The translations under genes and the position numbers were made by a program. Below the pieces are notes generated by a model that was not told the origin of the DNA, did not search any database, and saw only the letters and a list, made by a program, of their open reading frames with translations. Shown here one piece after another: positions 9,237 through 20,578 of a DNA stretch of 64,000 nucleotides. Numbering within the stretch: position 1 is the first letter of the stretch; every line of letters starts with the position of its first letter. Origin of the DNA: Bacilli bacterium (GTDB lineage: Bacteria > Bacillota_I > Bacilli_A > RF39 > UBA660). The DNA is taken from contig JAAVZT010000003.1 in NCBI GenBank assembly GCA_022791775.1, positions 103,107 through 167,106 on the forward strand, written 5' to 3'.

Positions 9237-10634
9237 ATGAGAAAAAAGTATAAAATTGCCTTATTAATCATTGGACTAATGATTATTGCGACTTTCTATA
9301 CCGGAGTGACTTATGCTTTATGGGTTAGAACATTTGAAGGAAATGAAACAAATGTGATAAAAGCAGGATGTTTTACAATTGGGTTTCAGGAAATGTCAAA
9401 ATCAATTAGCTTAAAAAATACCTATCCAATCAAAGATTCTGAAGCGTTACAAAAATCCAAGCCATATAAAGTTAAAATTTCAAATACATGTGATACCACG
9501 GATGCTGGATATGCAATTACTCTAAATACCTTAAACGTAAATGGTACCAAAATTGATGATGAAAAAATAAAAGTGGCTATTGGCGTGAACAATCAAACAC
9601 CTTCTGCTGGAAATATTTTAAAAAATATGGAAATTAATCAAGAAACAGCAAATCTAGAATTAGATGGAACATTATTGACGTCATATATTATTAATACAGG
9701 ATATATTGAAAAGTCAACTTCCAAAACTTTTGATTTATATTTATGGATTGACAGCAGTGCAGGAAATGAAGTAATGAATCAACAATTTGAAGCGAGCATT
9801 GTGGTGACGAGCTATGCAACCAAAATGAATACCTTAGAAACAGCCATTCAAACGGAAAATTCAGCGCGCAATGCTGGAAATGGAATTATAGAAGTAAGTC
9901 ATTCAAACTCAGAGTTAGCGAACAATAATTATAAAAATACAGAATATCGCTATGTTGGAGCAAATCCAAATAATTATATTATGTTTCAAAATGAAACTTG
10001 GAGAATTATAGGTCTTGTAAATACAATGGAGGGCCCTCGAATCAAAATTATTCGGGATCAACCACTTCGAGACGCTACAATCTTGTTAAATGAAGCAAAA
10101 AATAATTGGACCGAATCTAGTTTACAAGAATATTACACGAATACATATTTAAATACCTTAAATGAAGAAAGTAGAAATGTAATTGATACTGTAACATGGA
10201 ATTTGGGAAGTGCGATCGGTACTCTAAATACATTATCTTGGTATGAAGAAGAAAAGAAAGAAAATACCTTTGGAGCAAATCCAAATATATGGTCTGGAAA
10301 AATAGGCTTAATTTCTCCAAGCGACTATGGGTATGCTACAAGTGGTGGCGCTACAATCGATCGAAACATATGTTTAAATACAGAACTTTCTAAATTAAGT
10401 GAAAAATCAGAATGTATTGCCAATAATTGGCTATTTATTGCCAATAAATCACAGTGGTTCTTAACCGCTTCGCTCCAAAATGGAGAAAAATATTGGACCA
10501 TAAATGAGGCAGGAGACTTAGAAGAACAAAATGCTAACAGTGCCTATGCAGATCGTCCAACCCTTTATTTAAAAGCAGGGTTAACCGTTAAAAGTGGAAA
10601 TGGAACACCTGGAAACCCTTATATAATATTTTAA
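9237..10634 (+). CDS. Large secreted protein with a SipW-cognate-like N-terminus, directly upstream of the Tad locus
   Basis: ~466 aa. An ATG at 9237 follows the RBS AAAGGGTG; the ORF track starts at a GTG at 9228. The N-terminus is KKYK + hydrophobic + TGVTYALWVRTFEGNE. The rest is Asn/Thr-rich and looks beta-rich. The W-V-R-x-F-E-x-N stretch resembles the N-termini of the proteins at 48864 and 49492. Confidence 0.5.
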   Translation: MRKKYKIALLIIGLMIIATFYTGVTYALWVRTFEGNETNVIKAGCFTIGFQEMSKSISLKNTYPIKDSEALQKSKPYKVKISNTCDTTDAGYAITLNTLNVNGTKIDDEKIKVAIGVNNQTPSAGNILKNMEINQETANLELDGTLLTSYIINTGYIEKSTSKTFDLYLWIDSSAGNEVMNQQFEASIVVTSYATKMNTLETAIQTENSARNAGNGIIEVSHSNSELANNNYKNTEYRYVGANPNNYIMFQNETWRIIGLVNTMEGPRIKIIRDQPLRDATILLNEAKNNWTESSLQEYYTNTYLNTLNEESRNVIDTVTWNLGSAIGTLNTLSWYEEEKKENTFGANPNIWSGKIGLISPSDYGYATSGGATIDRNICLNTELSKLSEKSECIANNWLFIANKSQWFLTASLQNGEKYWTINEAGDLEEQNANSAYADRPTLYLKAGLTVKSGNGTPGNPYIIF

Positions 10635-10639
10635 GTAGA

Positions 10640-10661
10640 AAGCAAGTTATCTTGCTTTTTT
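10640..10661 (+). terminator. Rho-independent terminator (AAGCAAG-TTAT-CTTGCTT + T6)
   Basis: A 7-bp perfect stem followed by a T-run, immediately after the stop at 10634. Confidence 0.6.
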
Positions 10662-10663
10662 GA

Positions 10664-10692
10664 TTGCCATGAAAATCAATCTTTGTTATAAT
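10664..10692 (+). promoter_or_regulatory. SigmaA-type promoter for flp (TTGCCA-17-TATAAT)
   Basis: TTGCCA at 10664-10669, a 17-nt spacer, then TATAAT at 10687-10692. The RBS AGAGGTG lies at 10704-10710. Confidence 0.5.
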
Positions 10693-10716
10693 AAATACAT
10701 AATAGAGGTGGTTTAT

Positions 10717-10935
10717 GTGTTGAATCAAAAAGGCCAAGCATTAGTAGAATATGTGTTAATTGTTGCAATCATTAGTGTGATAACCATTAGTATAGTAAGT
10801 TACTTTGGGGGTTACTTAAAAGATTCAATTACCAAAACATCCTGCAGTTTAGTAGATCAAGAATATGAAGAAGGCGAAAAACCAGGAGAAGGAAAATGTG
10901 TAGATAAAAAAGAAAAATCAGATTTATGGAAATAG
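10717..10935 (+). CDS. flp: Flp/Fap-family pilin (Tad pilus major subunit)
   Basis: Start GTG 10717 or TTG 10720, 7-10 nt after the RBS AGAGGTG; the ATG at 10660 in the ORF track adds an implausible N-terminal extension. NQKGQALVEYVLIVAIISVITI is the Flp prepilin motif G/xxxxEY followed by a hydrophobic helix. ~72 aa. Confidence 0.7.
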   Translation: MLNQKGQALVEYVLIVAIISVITISIVSYFGGYLKDSITKTSCSLVDQEYEEGEKPGEGKCVDKKEKSDLWK

Positions 10936-10951
10936 TGTAGAGGGTGACAAT

Positions 10952-11305
10952 GTGAAAGAAAAAAAAGGGCAAGCACTAGTAGAATTTGTAATCATTCTTC
11001 CTATTTTTATTTTTATGTTATTAGCAATCATTGATGTTGGTAAAATGATCTATGTAAAAAATAGATTAGAAAGTGAAATGGATACAGTTGTCGAGTTATT
11101 TCATGGAAAAAAAACTTTTGATGAAATAAATAAGGAAGTACAACAAAATAGTTCAAAAACAAAACTTGAAATCAAAAATGAAAATAATAAATTTGTTACA
11201 TTTTATTTGAAAGAAGAAATACCCATTATTACGCCATTTCTTAATTTAATATTTAGGCCGCCCTATGAAGTAAAAGCGGAAAGGTCAATTTATTATGAAT
11301 CATAA
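10952..11305 (+). CDS. tadE: TadE-like pseudopilin
   Basis: Begins with GTG. KKGQALVEFVIILPIFIFMLLAIIDVGKMIYV is a TadE-like N-terminal domain (Gxxx-VEF + TM). 117 aa. Confidence 0.6.
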   Translation: MKEKKGQALVEFVIILPIFIFMLLAIIDVGKMIYVKNRLESEMDTVVELFHGKKTFDEINKEVQQNSSKTKLEIKNENNKFVTFYLKEEIPIITPFLNLIFRPPYEVKAERSIYYES

Positions 11306-11675
11306 AGGTCAAACATTAATTATCTTTGTCATTATGATTCCAATTTTAATCATTCTAGCAGCTTTAATCATCGACATTGGAATGATGACGAATATCAAAT
11401 TAAAAGCTTCAGGCACAACGAGAATCATATTAAATGAATTATATGAAAATCGTACACAGTCAAATATAGAATTGCAAGTAAAAGAGCTCTATCAAAAAAA
11501 TAATATTGAAATCTCCAAAATAAAAATAATTGGTCAAGAAGATTATTTTCAAATCGAACTTGAAACAATGGGACCTAGTATTTTTGGCAAGATAATTGGA
11601 ATACATGATTATAAAATATTTTTGAAAAAGACTGCCCGAATGAAAGAAAATCGATTAGAAATTTCAAAAGAATAG
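11295..11675 (+). CDS. TadE/TadF/TadG-like pseudopilin
   Basis: NHKGQTLIIFVIMIPILIILAALIIDIGMM is a TadE-like N-terminus. 126 aa. It overlaps the previous gene by 11 nt. Confidence 0.5.
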   Translation: MNHKGQTLIIFVIMIPILIILAALIIDIGMMTNIKLKASGTTRIILNELYENRTQSNIELQVKELYQKNNIEISKIKIIGQEDYFQIELETMGPSIFGKIIGIHDYKIFLKKTARMKENRLEISKE

Positions 11676-11686
11676 GAAGTGTATAT

Positions 11687-12466
11687 ATGATACGAAAAAA
11701 AGGAAAATCACTTTGTATTTTTTCTGCAAAAGGGGGAGTAGGAAAAACGATTACAACTCTAAATTTAGCAGGAATATTTAAACTAATTGAAAAAAAAGTA
11801 TTGATTATGGATATGGACTTAGCAAATGGGGGAGTTACAGTGGCCTTAAATTGTCCTTTTACCAGTACTATTTATAACTTTGTAGATGATTACAATAATA
11901 ATCGTTACAAAGAATTTAAAAACTATGTCACGAAATACGATGAATTTATTGATATTTTACCAAGTCCTAAAGATCCTCGTCAAGAAAGCAAAATTGATTC
12001 CAAATATATTGAAATTGCCTTAGATAAAGCACTATATAATTATGATATTGTATTAATTGATACAACTCATGATTTAAACGAACAAAATCTAGTTACCATG
12101 GATATCGTAGATGAAATTTTATTTGTTATGACCAATGATCCTTTGGATTTAAAAAATATGAAATCGTTACTAAGTATCTTTCGAGATTTAGAAAAAACAA
12201 ATTATAAAATCTTATTAAATAATAGTCGAGACCCATACAAAAAATATTTTTCAATCTTTGATATTCGCAGTATTATCAAAGCGAATATTGATTATACCTT
12301 ATCAAGTGAATTTTTTTTAAAGAATATTGATCAATATATCATGAATGGTAAAATCATTACATTAGAACCAAAAATGCCAAATGTATTTGCTAAAGATTAC
12401 TCTGTGCTGATGACGATTGCTGCTGATATCACGAAAGAAGAGGAAGAAAAAAATGAAAAGAAATAG
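11687..12466 (+). CDS. tadZ: TadZ/CpaE-like ParA/MinD-family ATPase (no receiver domain)
   Basis: Deviant Walker A (SAKGGVGKTITTLNLA). 259 aa. It sits between the pseudopilins and cpaF. Confidence 0.65.
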   Translation: MIRKKGKSLCIFSAKGGVGKTITTLNLAGIFKLIEKKVLIMDMDLANGGVTVALNCPFTSTIYNFVDDYNNNRYKEFKNYVTKYDEFIDILPSPKDPRQESKIDSKYIEIALDKALYNYDIVLIDTTHDLNEQNLVTMDIVDEILFVMTNDPLDLKNMKSLLSIFRDLEKTNYKILLNNSRDPYKKYFSIFDIRSIIKANIDYTLSSEFFLKNIDQYIMNGKIITLEPKMPNVFAKDYSVLMTIAADITKEEEEKNEKK

Positions 12467-13790
12467 TCTATTAGATGCATTCAATATTGAGCGAAAAGAA
12501 AAAGTTGTTTCTAATGTAACCGATTATGAGATATTTCCGGATAAAAAATTATTAGATGAGCTTCGAACAAGAATTGTGGAAAATCTAATTGATAAAGAAA
12601 TTCCAGAAGATAAACTATTGAATCAATTTATTAATGATGAAATAGATGAAACGATTGAAGGTTTTGATTTATCAAATTTAGAACGAAGTCATTTATACAA
12701 TTTAATTGATAATGAAATTAACGGCTACGGACCTTTAACCGAATTATTAGAAGATAAAAATATTACTGAAATTATGGTAAACAGTCCGAAAGAAATTTAC
12801 ATTGAAATTGATGGCCAAATTATAAAAGATGATAGCGTTTCTTTTATTAATGACGAACATATCATTAGAACAATTCAAAGACTAATTAATCCTTTAGGTC
12901 GAACTATAGATGCAACAAATCCAATGGTCGATTCAAGACTTCTAGATGGGTCCCGTATAAATGCCGTCATTCCACCATTATCAACAAAAGGTCCTGTAAT
13001 TACAATTCGAAAATTTAAAGAAGAAATGACTAGTGCTGATGATTTAATTCGAATTGGTTCAATGACACCCTATATGGCAACCTTTTTAGATGCAGCCGTA
13101 AGAGGAAAATGTAACATTATTATATGTGGTGGAACTGGTTCTGGAAAAACGACATTATTAAATATTATGAGTGGTTTTATTTCCCAAGATGAACGAATTA
13201 TTACGATTGAAGATGCAGCGGAATTGAAACTAAACCAACGTCATGTCATTTCCTTAGAAACTCGTATTACAAACTATGAACAAGAAGGAGAAATAACCAT
13301 TCGGGATTTAGTGATTAATTCTCTTAGAATGCGTCCTGATCGAATTATTGTTGGAGAAGTAAGAGGAAAAGAAGCTTTCGACATGTTACAAGCCATGAAT
13401 ACGGGACATGATGGTTCCATGACAACTTTGCATGCGAATGGACCGAAAGATGCCTTAAACCGTTTGGAAACTATGGTACTAATGAGTGGTTTAGATATTC
13501 CGATTCGAGCAATTCGAGAATATATTATTAATGCAATAGATTTAATTGTGAATATAGATCGAATGAGTGATGGAAGACGAAAAATAACTTCCATTGCAGA
13601 GCTAGAAGGAATGGAAGAAGATGAAATTCGTCTTCGAGAAATATTTGCTTTTCGGCAAAATGGATTAACATCAAAAAAAGAAGTAGATGGAGAATATATT
13701 CTTTATGAAGACAAAGTTCCCGACATCTATGAAAAGATTGCTTCAAAAGGAATAACAGAAATAGACGAAATGTTTCATATAAAAAAATAA
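12453..13790 (+). CDS. tadA: CpaF/TadA secretion ATPase (VirB11/TrbB family)
   Basis: Walker [13 protein letters not shown], Walker B IIVGEVRG, His box [19 protein letters not shown] 12453 follows the RBS GAGGAAGAA; the ORF track starts upstream at 12417. Confidence 0.85.
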   Translation: MKRNSLLDAFNIERKEKVVSNVTDYEIFPDKKLLDELRTRIVENLIDKEIPEDKLLNQFINDEIDETIEGFDLSNLERSHLYNLIDNEINGYGPLTELLEDKNITEIMVNSPKEIYIEIDGQIIKDDSVSFINDEHIIRTIQRLINPLGRTIDATNPMVDSRLLDGSRINAVIPPLSTKGPVITIRKFKEEMTSADDLIRIGSMTPYMATFLDAAVRGKCNIIICGGTGSGKTTLLNIMSGFISQDERIITIEDAAELKLNQRHVISLETRITNYEQEGEITIRDLVINSLRMRPDRIIVGEVRGKEAFDMLQAMNTGHDGSMTTLHANGPKDALNRLETMVLMSGLDIPIRAIREYIINAIDLIVNIDRMSDGRRKITSIAELEGMEEDEIRLREIFAFRQNGLTSKKEVDGEYILYEDKVPDIYEKIASKGITEIDEMFHIKK

Positions 13791-13811
13791 GAAGAAAGAG
13801 GGTAAAAAAAA

Positions 13812-14819
13812 ATGGAGGGATTTATATGGCAAGTATTTGTTATTCAAGTATTTACAATTCTTGCTTTATTTGCCACAATTTTATTCTTACTTCGCGAATC
13901 TAAGTCCATTAAATATCAAAAAAGATTTGAACGCTTTGCATTACTTTCCGTAAAAGACTATGAAAAATCTTTCTTTGACATCTTATTAACCAAAACTTGG
14001 ATCATAATTCATAAAATAAGTAAATCATTCAGTAAAAGTGTTTTTCTAAAAAAATACAGTGAAAAATATGAAAAACACATTACGTTTGAAGAAAAAGATT
14101 TTAAATCGGGTATGGATTATGTCACAATCAAGTTTCTTACAGCATTTTGTTTCGTCATTTTTAACATGTTAACAATAATGTTTCAATATGCCAAAATCGG
14201 CTTTATTAGTTCTATTTTAGCCTTTTTCATTGGCTTTTTTGTCCCAGATCTCATTTTAAATATTCAATTCAAACAAAAAAGAAAACGAGTTGAAGATGAT
14301 TTACTAAAAGCCATTATTATTATGAATAATAGTTTTAAATCTGGTCGAAATATTATGCAAGCAGTTGAAATCGTAAAAAACGAACTAAATGGTCCCATTA
14401 GCGATGAATTTAAAAAAATATATATGGATATGACTTATGGACTAAGTTTAGATGTTGTATTTAATCGATTTTATGAACGGGTCAAGTTAGAAGATGCAAA
14501 ATATATTACATCATCACTAACTCTGTTAAACCGAACTGGTGGTAATATAGTAAGAGTATTCTCAACGATTGAAAAATCATTTTTTGATAAAAAGAAATTA
14601 TTAAACGAAATGAAAAGTTTAACAGCAGCTAGTATTTTTGTCTTTCGTGTCTTAATTGCTCTTCCATTTTTGTTTTCATTTCTAATTTTTTTAATGAATC
14701 CGAATTATTTTAATCCCTTTTTTGAAACCCCAGTTGGAATCATCTTATTTATATTAACGATTATCTTATATATATGTTACGTATTAACAATTAAAAAAGT
14801 ATTGAAGGTGAAAATGTAA
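13812..14819 (+). CDS. tadB: TadB-like inner-membrane protein (T2SS-F domain)
   Basis: 335 aa and polytopic, with a cytoplasmic T2SSF-like helical domain (LLKAIIIMNNSFKSGRNIMQAVEIV...). Follows tadA. Confidence 0.65.
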   Translation: MEGFIWQVFVIQVFTILALFATILFLLRESKSIKYQKRFERFALLSVKDYEKSFFDILLTKTWIIIHKISKSFSKSVFLKKYSEKYEKHITFEEKDFKSGMDYVTIKFLTAFCFVIFNMLTIMFQYAKIGFISSILAFFIGFFVPDLILNIQFKQKRKRVEDDLLKAIIIMNNSFKSGRNIMQAVEIVKNELNGPISDEFKKIYMDMTYGLSLDVVFNRFYERVKLEDAKYITSSLTLLNRTGGNIVRVFSTIEKSFFDKKKLLNEMKSLTAASIFVFRVLIALPFLFSFLIFLMNPNYFNPFFETPVGIILFILTIILYICYVLTIKKVLKVKM

Positions 14820-15523
14820 TGAAAAAAGAAAAGAGTTTAGTCCGACGGATATATTTAGAAAAAACCATTCAAAAAGTTGAACAAAAAATAGATTTACTAG
14901 GTATATATTGCCATTATAATGCAATCGATTTATTAAATTATCGGTTATTAATTTCGATCGCTATTTTCTCTATTTGTTTAATTGTTTTAAAAGAAGGATA
15001 TATTGTTGGACCTTTACTAACTTTAATATTTTATGTAGGAAGTGAATATCTTTTACTGGATATTCCAATTAAAAAAAGAGAAAAAAAACTAGAAGAAGAA
15101 GCTGTTTTTTTCTTTGAAGTATTATCATTGACATTAGAAAGTGGTCGTAATTTGAATGCTGCTCTTGATATCACTGCCGCCAATATTGATAATGAATTAT
15201 CAGCAGAATTTAAAAAGGCCCTAGCAGAAATCCATTTAGGAAAAAGTTTTACTGAAAGTATTACAGATATGAAAAAAAGAATTCCTAGTGATACAATAAA
15301 TAATGCATTATTAAATATTACTCAATCCAGCATTTTTGGAAATAGTATTTTAGAATCTTTAAATAATCAATTAGACTTTTTAAGAGAGAAAAGAATTTTA
15401 GAAGTAAAATCCGAGATTGCAAAACTGCCAACTAAAATCAGCGCCATTTCAGTTGTATTCTTTATTCCGATCATGCTTTTAGTTATTTTAACACCAGTTG
15501 TTTTAGAATTTTTATTTGGATAA
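14819..15523 (+). CDS. tadC: TadC-like inner-membrane protein (T2SS-F domain)
   Basis: 234 aa with T2SSF-like FFFEVLSLTLESGRNLNAALDITAAN and a C-terminal TM. ATGA overlap with tadB. Confidence 0.6.
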   Translation: MKKEKSLVRRIYLEKTIQKVEQKIDLLGIYCHYNAIDLLNYRLLISIAIFSICLIVLKEGYIVGPLLTLIFYVGSEYLLLDIPIKKREKKLEEEAVFFFEVLSLTLESGRNLNAALDITAANIDNELSAEFKKALAEIHLGKSFTESITDMKKRIPSDTINNALLNITQSSIFGNSILESLNNQLDFLREKRILEVKSEIAKLPTKISAISVVFFIPIMLLVILTPVVLEFLFG

Positions 15524-15556
15524 CTGATTAAAAAGGAAATGTAATAATTTAAATTT

Positions 15557-15642
15557 GCGAGAATGGCGGAATAGGTAGACGCGCTACTTTGAGGGGGTAG
15601 TGAATTATTTTTGTGAGAGTTCAAATCTCTTTTCTCGCACCA
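15557..15642 (+). tRNA. tRNA-Leu (anticodon GAG), type II with a long variable arm, CCA encoded
   Basis: The acceptor stem GCGAGAA pairs with TTCTCGC. The anticodon stem CTACT/GGTAG carries the loop TTGAGGG, giving anticodon GAG. The T-arm is GAGAGTTCAAATCTCTT, followed by discriminator A and CCA. Confidence 0.85.
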
Positions 15643-15689
15643 GAGAAGAATCTGCTCGAACTTTTATAGTTTTGAGCTTAATGATAAAT

Positions 15690-15719
15690 ATCAATTCTAG
15701 AAATGGAATTGATTTTTTG
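15690..15719 (+). terminator. Rho-independent terminator after the tRNA (ATCAATTC-N8-GAATTGAT + T6)
   Basis: A perfect 8-bp stem with a T-run at 15714-15719. Confidence 0.6.
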
Positions 15720-15748
15720 TTTTGTAAGAAAGTGAGGAGATTCTTAAA

Positions 15749-16024
15749 ATGGTAACAATAAAGAATGAAAAAATCGAAATGGAAGAAGCATTTAAAAATA
15801 AGATAGAATTTATTTGTAGTTTTTGTGGAACTACTCCTACTATTTATAATGGAAGTATAAAGATGATAGAACACACGAATTTGCAATATGTAGAACCTCA
15901 TAGAGTTATTATTAAAGGTGTAACTTTTCTAGCATTTAATTATGAAGCTAATATCTATATTGAAAACTTAAGTAATGCTATTCCACTAAAAGATTTAGAA
16001 GAATATATTAAGTCATTAAATTAA
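15749..16024 (+). CDS. Hypothetical small protein (first gene of the tRNA-adjacent island)
   Basis: 91 aa with an RBS (GAGGAGA). Contains a CSFCG Cys pair. No homology recognised. Confidence 0.35.
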   Translation: MVTIKNEKIEMEEAFKNKIEFICSFCGTTPTIYNGSIKMIEHTNLQYVEPHRVIIKGVTFLAFNYEANIYIENLSNAIPLKDLEEYIKSLN

Positions 16025-16093
16025 AATGATATTTATAAAAATCATTCCATTCTAACAATTGTTTAAGTTTTTCTAATGTGTTCAATATATGGT

Positions 16094-16167
16094 ATTGCAT
16101 ACTTTTTGCAACAATTTTGCAACTTTTTTGCAGGAAATTTGCAACAATTTTGCCTAGACATTGCAAG
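16094..16167. repeat. Cluster of TTGCAA-containing direct repeats (TTGCAACAATTTTGC x2 at 16106-16120 and 16139-16153, plus TTGCAT/TTGCAAG copies) upstream of the serine recombinase
   Basis: A directly visible 15-bp exact direct repeat. TTGCAA is itself palindromic. Confidence 0.6.
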
Positions 16168-16201
16168 TAATACTGGTAAAATAATATATGCTAATAAATA
16201 A

Positions 16202-18016
<1,815 letters not shown>

Positions 18017-18240
18017 TATGGGAATGATTGGAGTATCAAAAGATAATGAAACCTGTGTAGAAAATGAAGAAGAATTATTTTCTACAATACCACTCGATAG
18101 CATTTCAGAGAATGAATATATTTTTAGAAAAGAAAATAATTGTTAATACAAATGTATATACAATTTTTCCTTTTAAAATAAAGAACTTATACTGTTAGAA
18201 ACTCCGTTTGTATATACAAAAATTTAATTTTGTATGTACA

Positions 18241-18256
18241 TTTCGCAAGTGCGAAA
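18241..18256. repeat. 16-bp palindrome TTTCGCA-AG-TGCGAAA in the 450-bp intergenic region
   Basis: Visible directly. The 7-bp arms are perfectly inverted. Confidence 0.5.
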
Positions 18257-18463
18257 TAGGTGTTGGTGCACGAAAAATCGTTAGAAAGCCTTTGTTTATA
18301 AGGTTTTCTAGATTTCGTGGTGTTTTCTCATATCCTGTTGTCTTTTTTTCCTTTGTATTTTTACACGATTAGATAGTAAATTGGTTTAAAATATAGTATG
18401 ATCTTCATTAAGGAGTTACCTAAATATATGGATTGATATAATTAAATAAGAGAGGTCTGAAAA

Positions 18464-19381
18464 ATGATTAACATGAATGAAATTAAACAGAAAATAGAAA
18501 AACTCAAAGTTAGTTTGCCGAGTTTGAATATCGATAGTATTTTTTTGGAACAGGATGGAAAACTAGATAAAGTTTTTTATAGTGAAGAATGTTTACATGA
18601 GTTAAGAAGTTGTTCAAAATTATTAGTGGCAATGGCTATTGGAATTGCGATAGATAAAGGAATGATAACACTAGATACTTTTATTTATCCATCCATTAAA
18701 AATATTGTTGAAATTAGAAATGGAAAGAATTTAGAAAAAATTAAAAAATGGAAAATCAGAGATTTATTAACTCATACTACTGGTTATGAAAGTCAAATGA
18801 TGTCTGAAAGATTTATAAAGGATATTGACGAAAGCAAATTACTTGATTATGCACTTAATTTTGATATACCTTATAATGTTGGAACAAGATTTGCTTACAA
18901 TAATGTAGAACCATTTATATTATCAGTGTTTTTTCAAGAAACTTTCGGAATAAACCTATCTGATTTTATAAACGAAAATATATTTAAAAAATTAGATATT
19001 AAAGAATATAAATGGGATAATTTTGGAAAGTATTGTCCTGCTTCAACAGGACTTTATCTTAAACATAGTGATTTTCATAAAATTGGTAAATTATTATTAA
19101 ACAATGGAAAATACAATGATATTCAAGTAATACCAGAAACTTGGATAAATGAAATGTGTACATTACAGCTAGAAACACCTTCTGCATTTAAACCTGAAAG
19201 AGTGTTTCCAAAGGTTGGGGTTGGTTATTATACCTTTATTTCAACGAATAATTATATTTTTAGAGATGGTGCAGATGGACAATATATTATAATAAATAAA
19301 GAAAAAAATTTATTAATAACTATAATGTCAAAAGAAAAAGAAATGAAAAATGTGACAAAAATTTTAAGAAATTTAATATAG
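18464..19381 (+). CDS. Beta-lactamase-fold serine hydrolase (class C/PBP-like family)
   Basis: SxxK (SCSK), LLTHTTGY and YNN (YxN) motifs. 305 aa with no signal peptide evident. Confidence 0.55.
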   Translation: MINMNEIKQKIEKLKVSLPSLNIDSIFLEQDGKLDKVFYSEECLHELRSCSKLLVAMAIGIAIDKGMITLDTFIYPSIKNIVEIRNGKNLEKIKKWKIRDLLTHTTGYESQMMSERFIKDIDESKLLDYALNFDIPYNVGTRFAYNNVEPFILSVFFQETFGINLSDFINENIFKKLDIKEYKWDNFGKYCPASTGLYLKHSDFHKIGKLLLNNGKYNDIQVIPETWINEMCTLQLETPSAFKPERVFPKVGVGYYTFISTNNYIFRDGADGQYIIINKEKNLLITIMSKEKEMKNVTKILRNLI

Positions 19382-19391
19382 GAGGCAAGAT

Positions 19392-19829
19392 ATGAGTGAT
19401 GAACAATATATTGATATAGCAATAGAAATAAGTAGAAGTGCAAAATATCCCTATGGAGCTATTGTTGTTAAGGATAATAAAATAATTGGTCGAAGCGATG
19501 ATAGAACTTTAATGGAAACAAGTATATTTTCTCATGCTGAATTAGAAGCGATTGAAAGCGCTTCTAAAAATAAAACACTTTATGGAGACCTGAAAGGTGC
19601 AATAATGTATGTATCTTGTGAGCCTTGTATGATGTGTATGGTTGCAATACTTTACGAAGAGTTTAATAAATTGGTGTATGCTGCAACATTACAAGATAGT
19701 AATGATAATTATTGTCCAGAGATGATTACTAACATAAATGAATTGGCAAAATATTCTAAGAACAAAATAGAAATAGTAAAAGAATTACACAGAGATAAGG
19801 CTGTTGAAGTATTAAAGTCACATAATTGA
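19392..19829 (+). CDS. CDA-fold zinc-dependent deaminase (cytidine/deoxycytidylate/TadA-like superfamily)
   Basis: HAELEAI (H-A-E) and CEPCMMC (PCxxC) zinc-binding motifs. 145 aa. Confidence 0.65.
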   Translation: MSDEQYIDIAIEISRSAKYPYGAIVVKDNKIIGRSDDRTLMETSIFSHAELEAIESASKNKTLYGDLKGAIMYVSCEPCMMCMVAILYEEFNKLVYAATLQDSNDNYCPEMITNINELAKYSKNKIEIVKELHRDKAVEVLKSHN

Positions 19830-19838
19830 GGTGTAGTA

Positions 19839-20549
19839 ATGCAGGAAAGTTTGAAAATTAGTAACGATACAAATATGCAATTATCATATATCAGAATTTT
19901 AAATACTCTATATAATCAAGTGAAAAAAGATTGTGAAGATTTAGATTTAATTGGTTTTAAAGGAATAAAAATAGTTAATGATGATTTATTGAATTCTAGT
20001 TCTGACGGAAATTCAAAAGATAAGCTAATATTATTACCTAAAAATAAAACTGAAAGATACATTTGTGATAGGAAGTATGAGGTGGTAAAATCTACAATTT
20101 ATCATGAACTATGTCACATTGATTTAGCAAATAAATTACCACATTTACACTCTTTACACAAAAAATATATCGAATTAGAAGATTACATTAAATGTTTCAC
20201 AATAATGATTTATATAGAATATCTAGCACATTTAAAAAGTACAAAATATGAAAGTACAGAAAATATCGACAAATTTTTCTGCTCTGTTAACGATAGGAAA
20301 TGGGATTTTAATGATGATTGTGATTGTGTATGGTTTATAAAAGTGTCACCTTATGTCATTGCTAGGGCATTAGATAATAGATTTATTGATAAAGATTATG
20401 TTCAATTGATAGCTGATGAAGATGTAAAAAAACATATTTTAGAAATAAAAGAAATACTTTGTAGTCTACCATCAGAAAATTTAAATGATGATATGAGCAT
20501 ATTAGAAAAATTAGAGAATTATGTAAGTAATTATATAAAAAACGATTAA
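19839..20549 (+). CDS. Hypothetical protein with an HExxH-like motif (YHELCH)
   Basis: 236 aa containing STIYHELCHIDL, a possible metallopeptidase-like site. Otherwise unrecognised. Directly upstream of the CHAT protease gene. Confidence 0.4.
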   Translation: MQESLKISNDTNMQLSYIRILNTLYNQVKKDCEDLDLIGFKGIKIVNDDLLNSSSDGNSKDKLILLPKNKTERYICDRKYEVVKSTIYHELCHIDLANKLPHLHSLHKKYIELEDYIKCFTIMIYIEYLAHLKSTKYESTENIDKFFCSVNDRKWDFNDDCDCVWFIKVSPYVIARALDNRFIDKDYVQLIADEDVKKHILEIKEILCSLPSENLNDDMSILEKLENYVSNYIKND

Positions 20550-20578
20550 ATAGCTGTTTATTCAAGGGGATGAAATAA

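Noticed and set aside
10660-10716. ATG-initiated N-terminal extension (MIAMKINLCYNKYIIEVVYV) on the Flp pilin ORF
   Set aside because: The RBS AGAGGTG sits inside this extension, 7 nt before a GTG/TTG. That start gives the canonical short Flp leader ending in G/QALVEY. The longer form would bury the prepilin motif.
19839-20549. Bacterial gasdermin as the partner of the CHAT/caspase-like protease
   Set aside because: The protein is helical and acidic, and it lacks the N-terminal Cys and beta-rich character of gasdermins. Only the protease-adjacent position fits.
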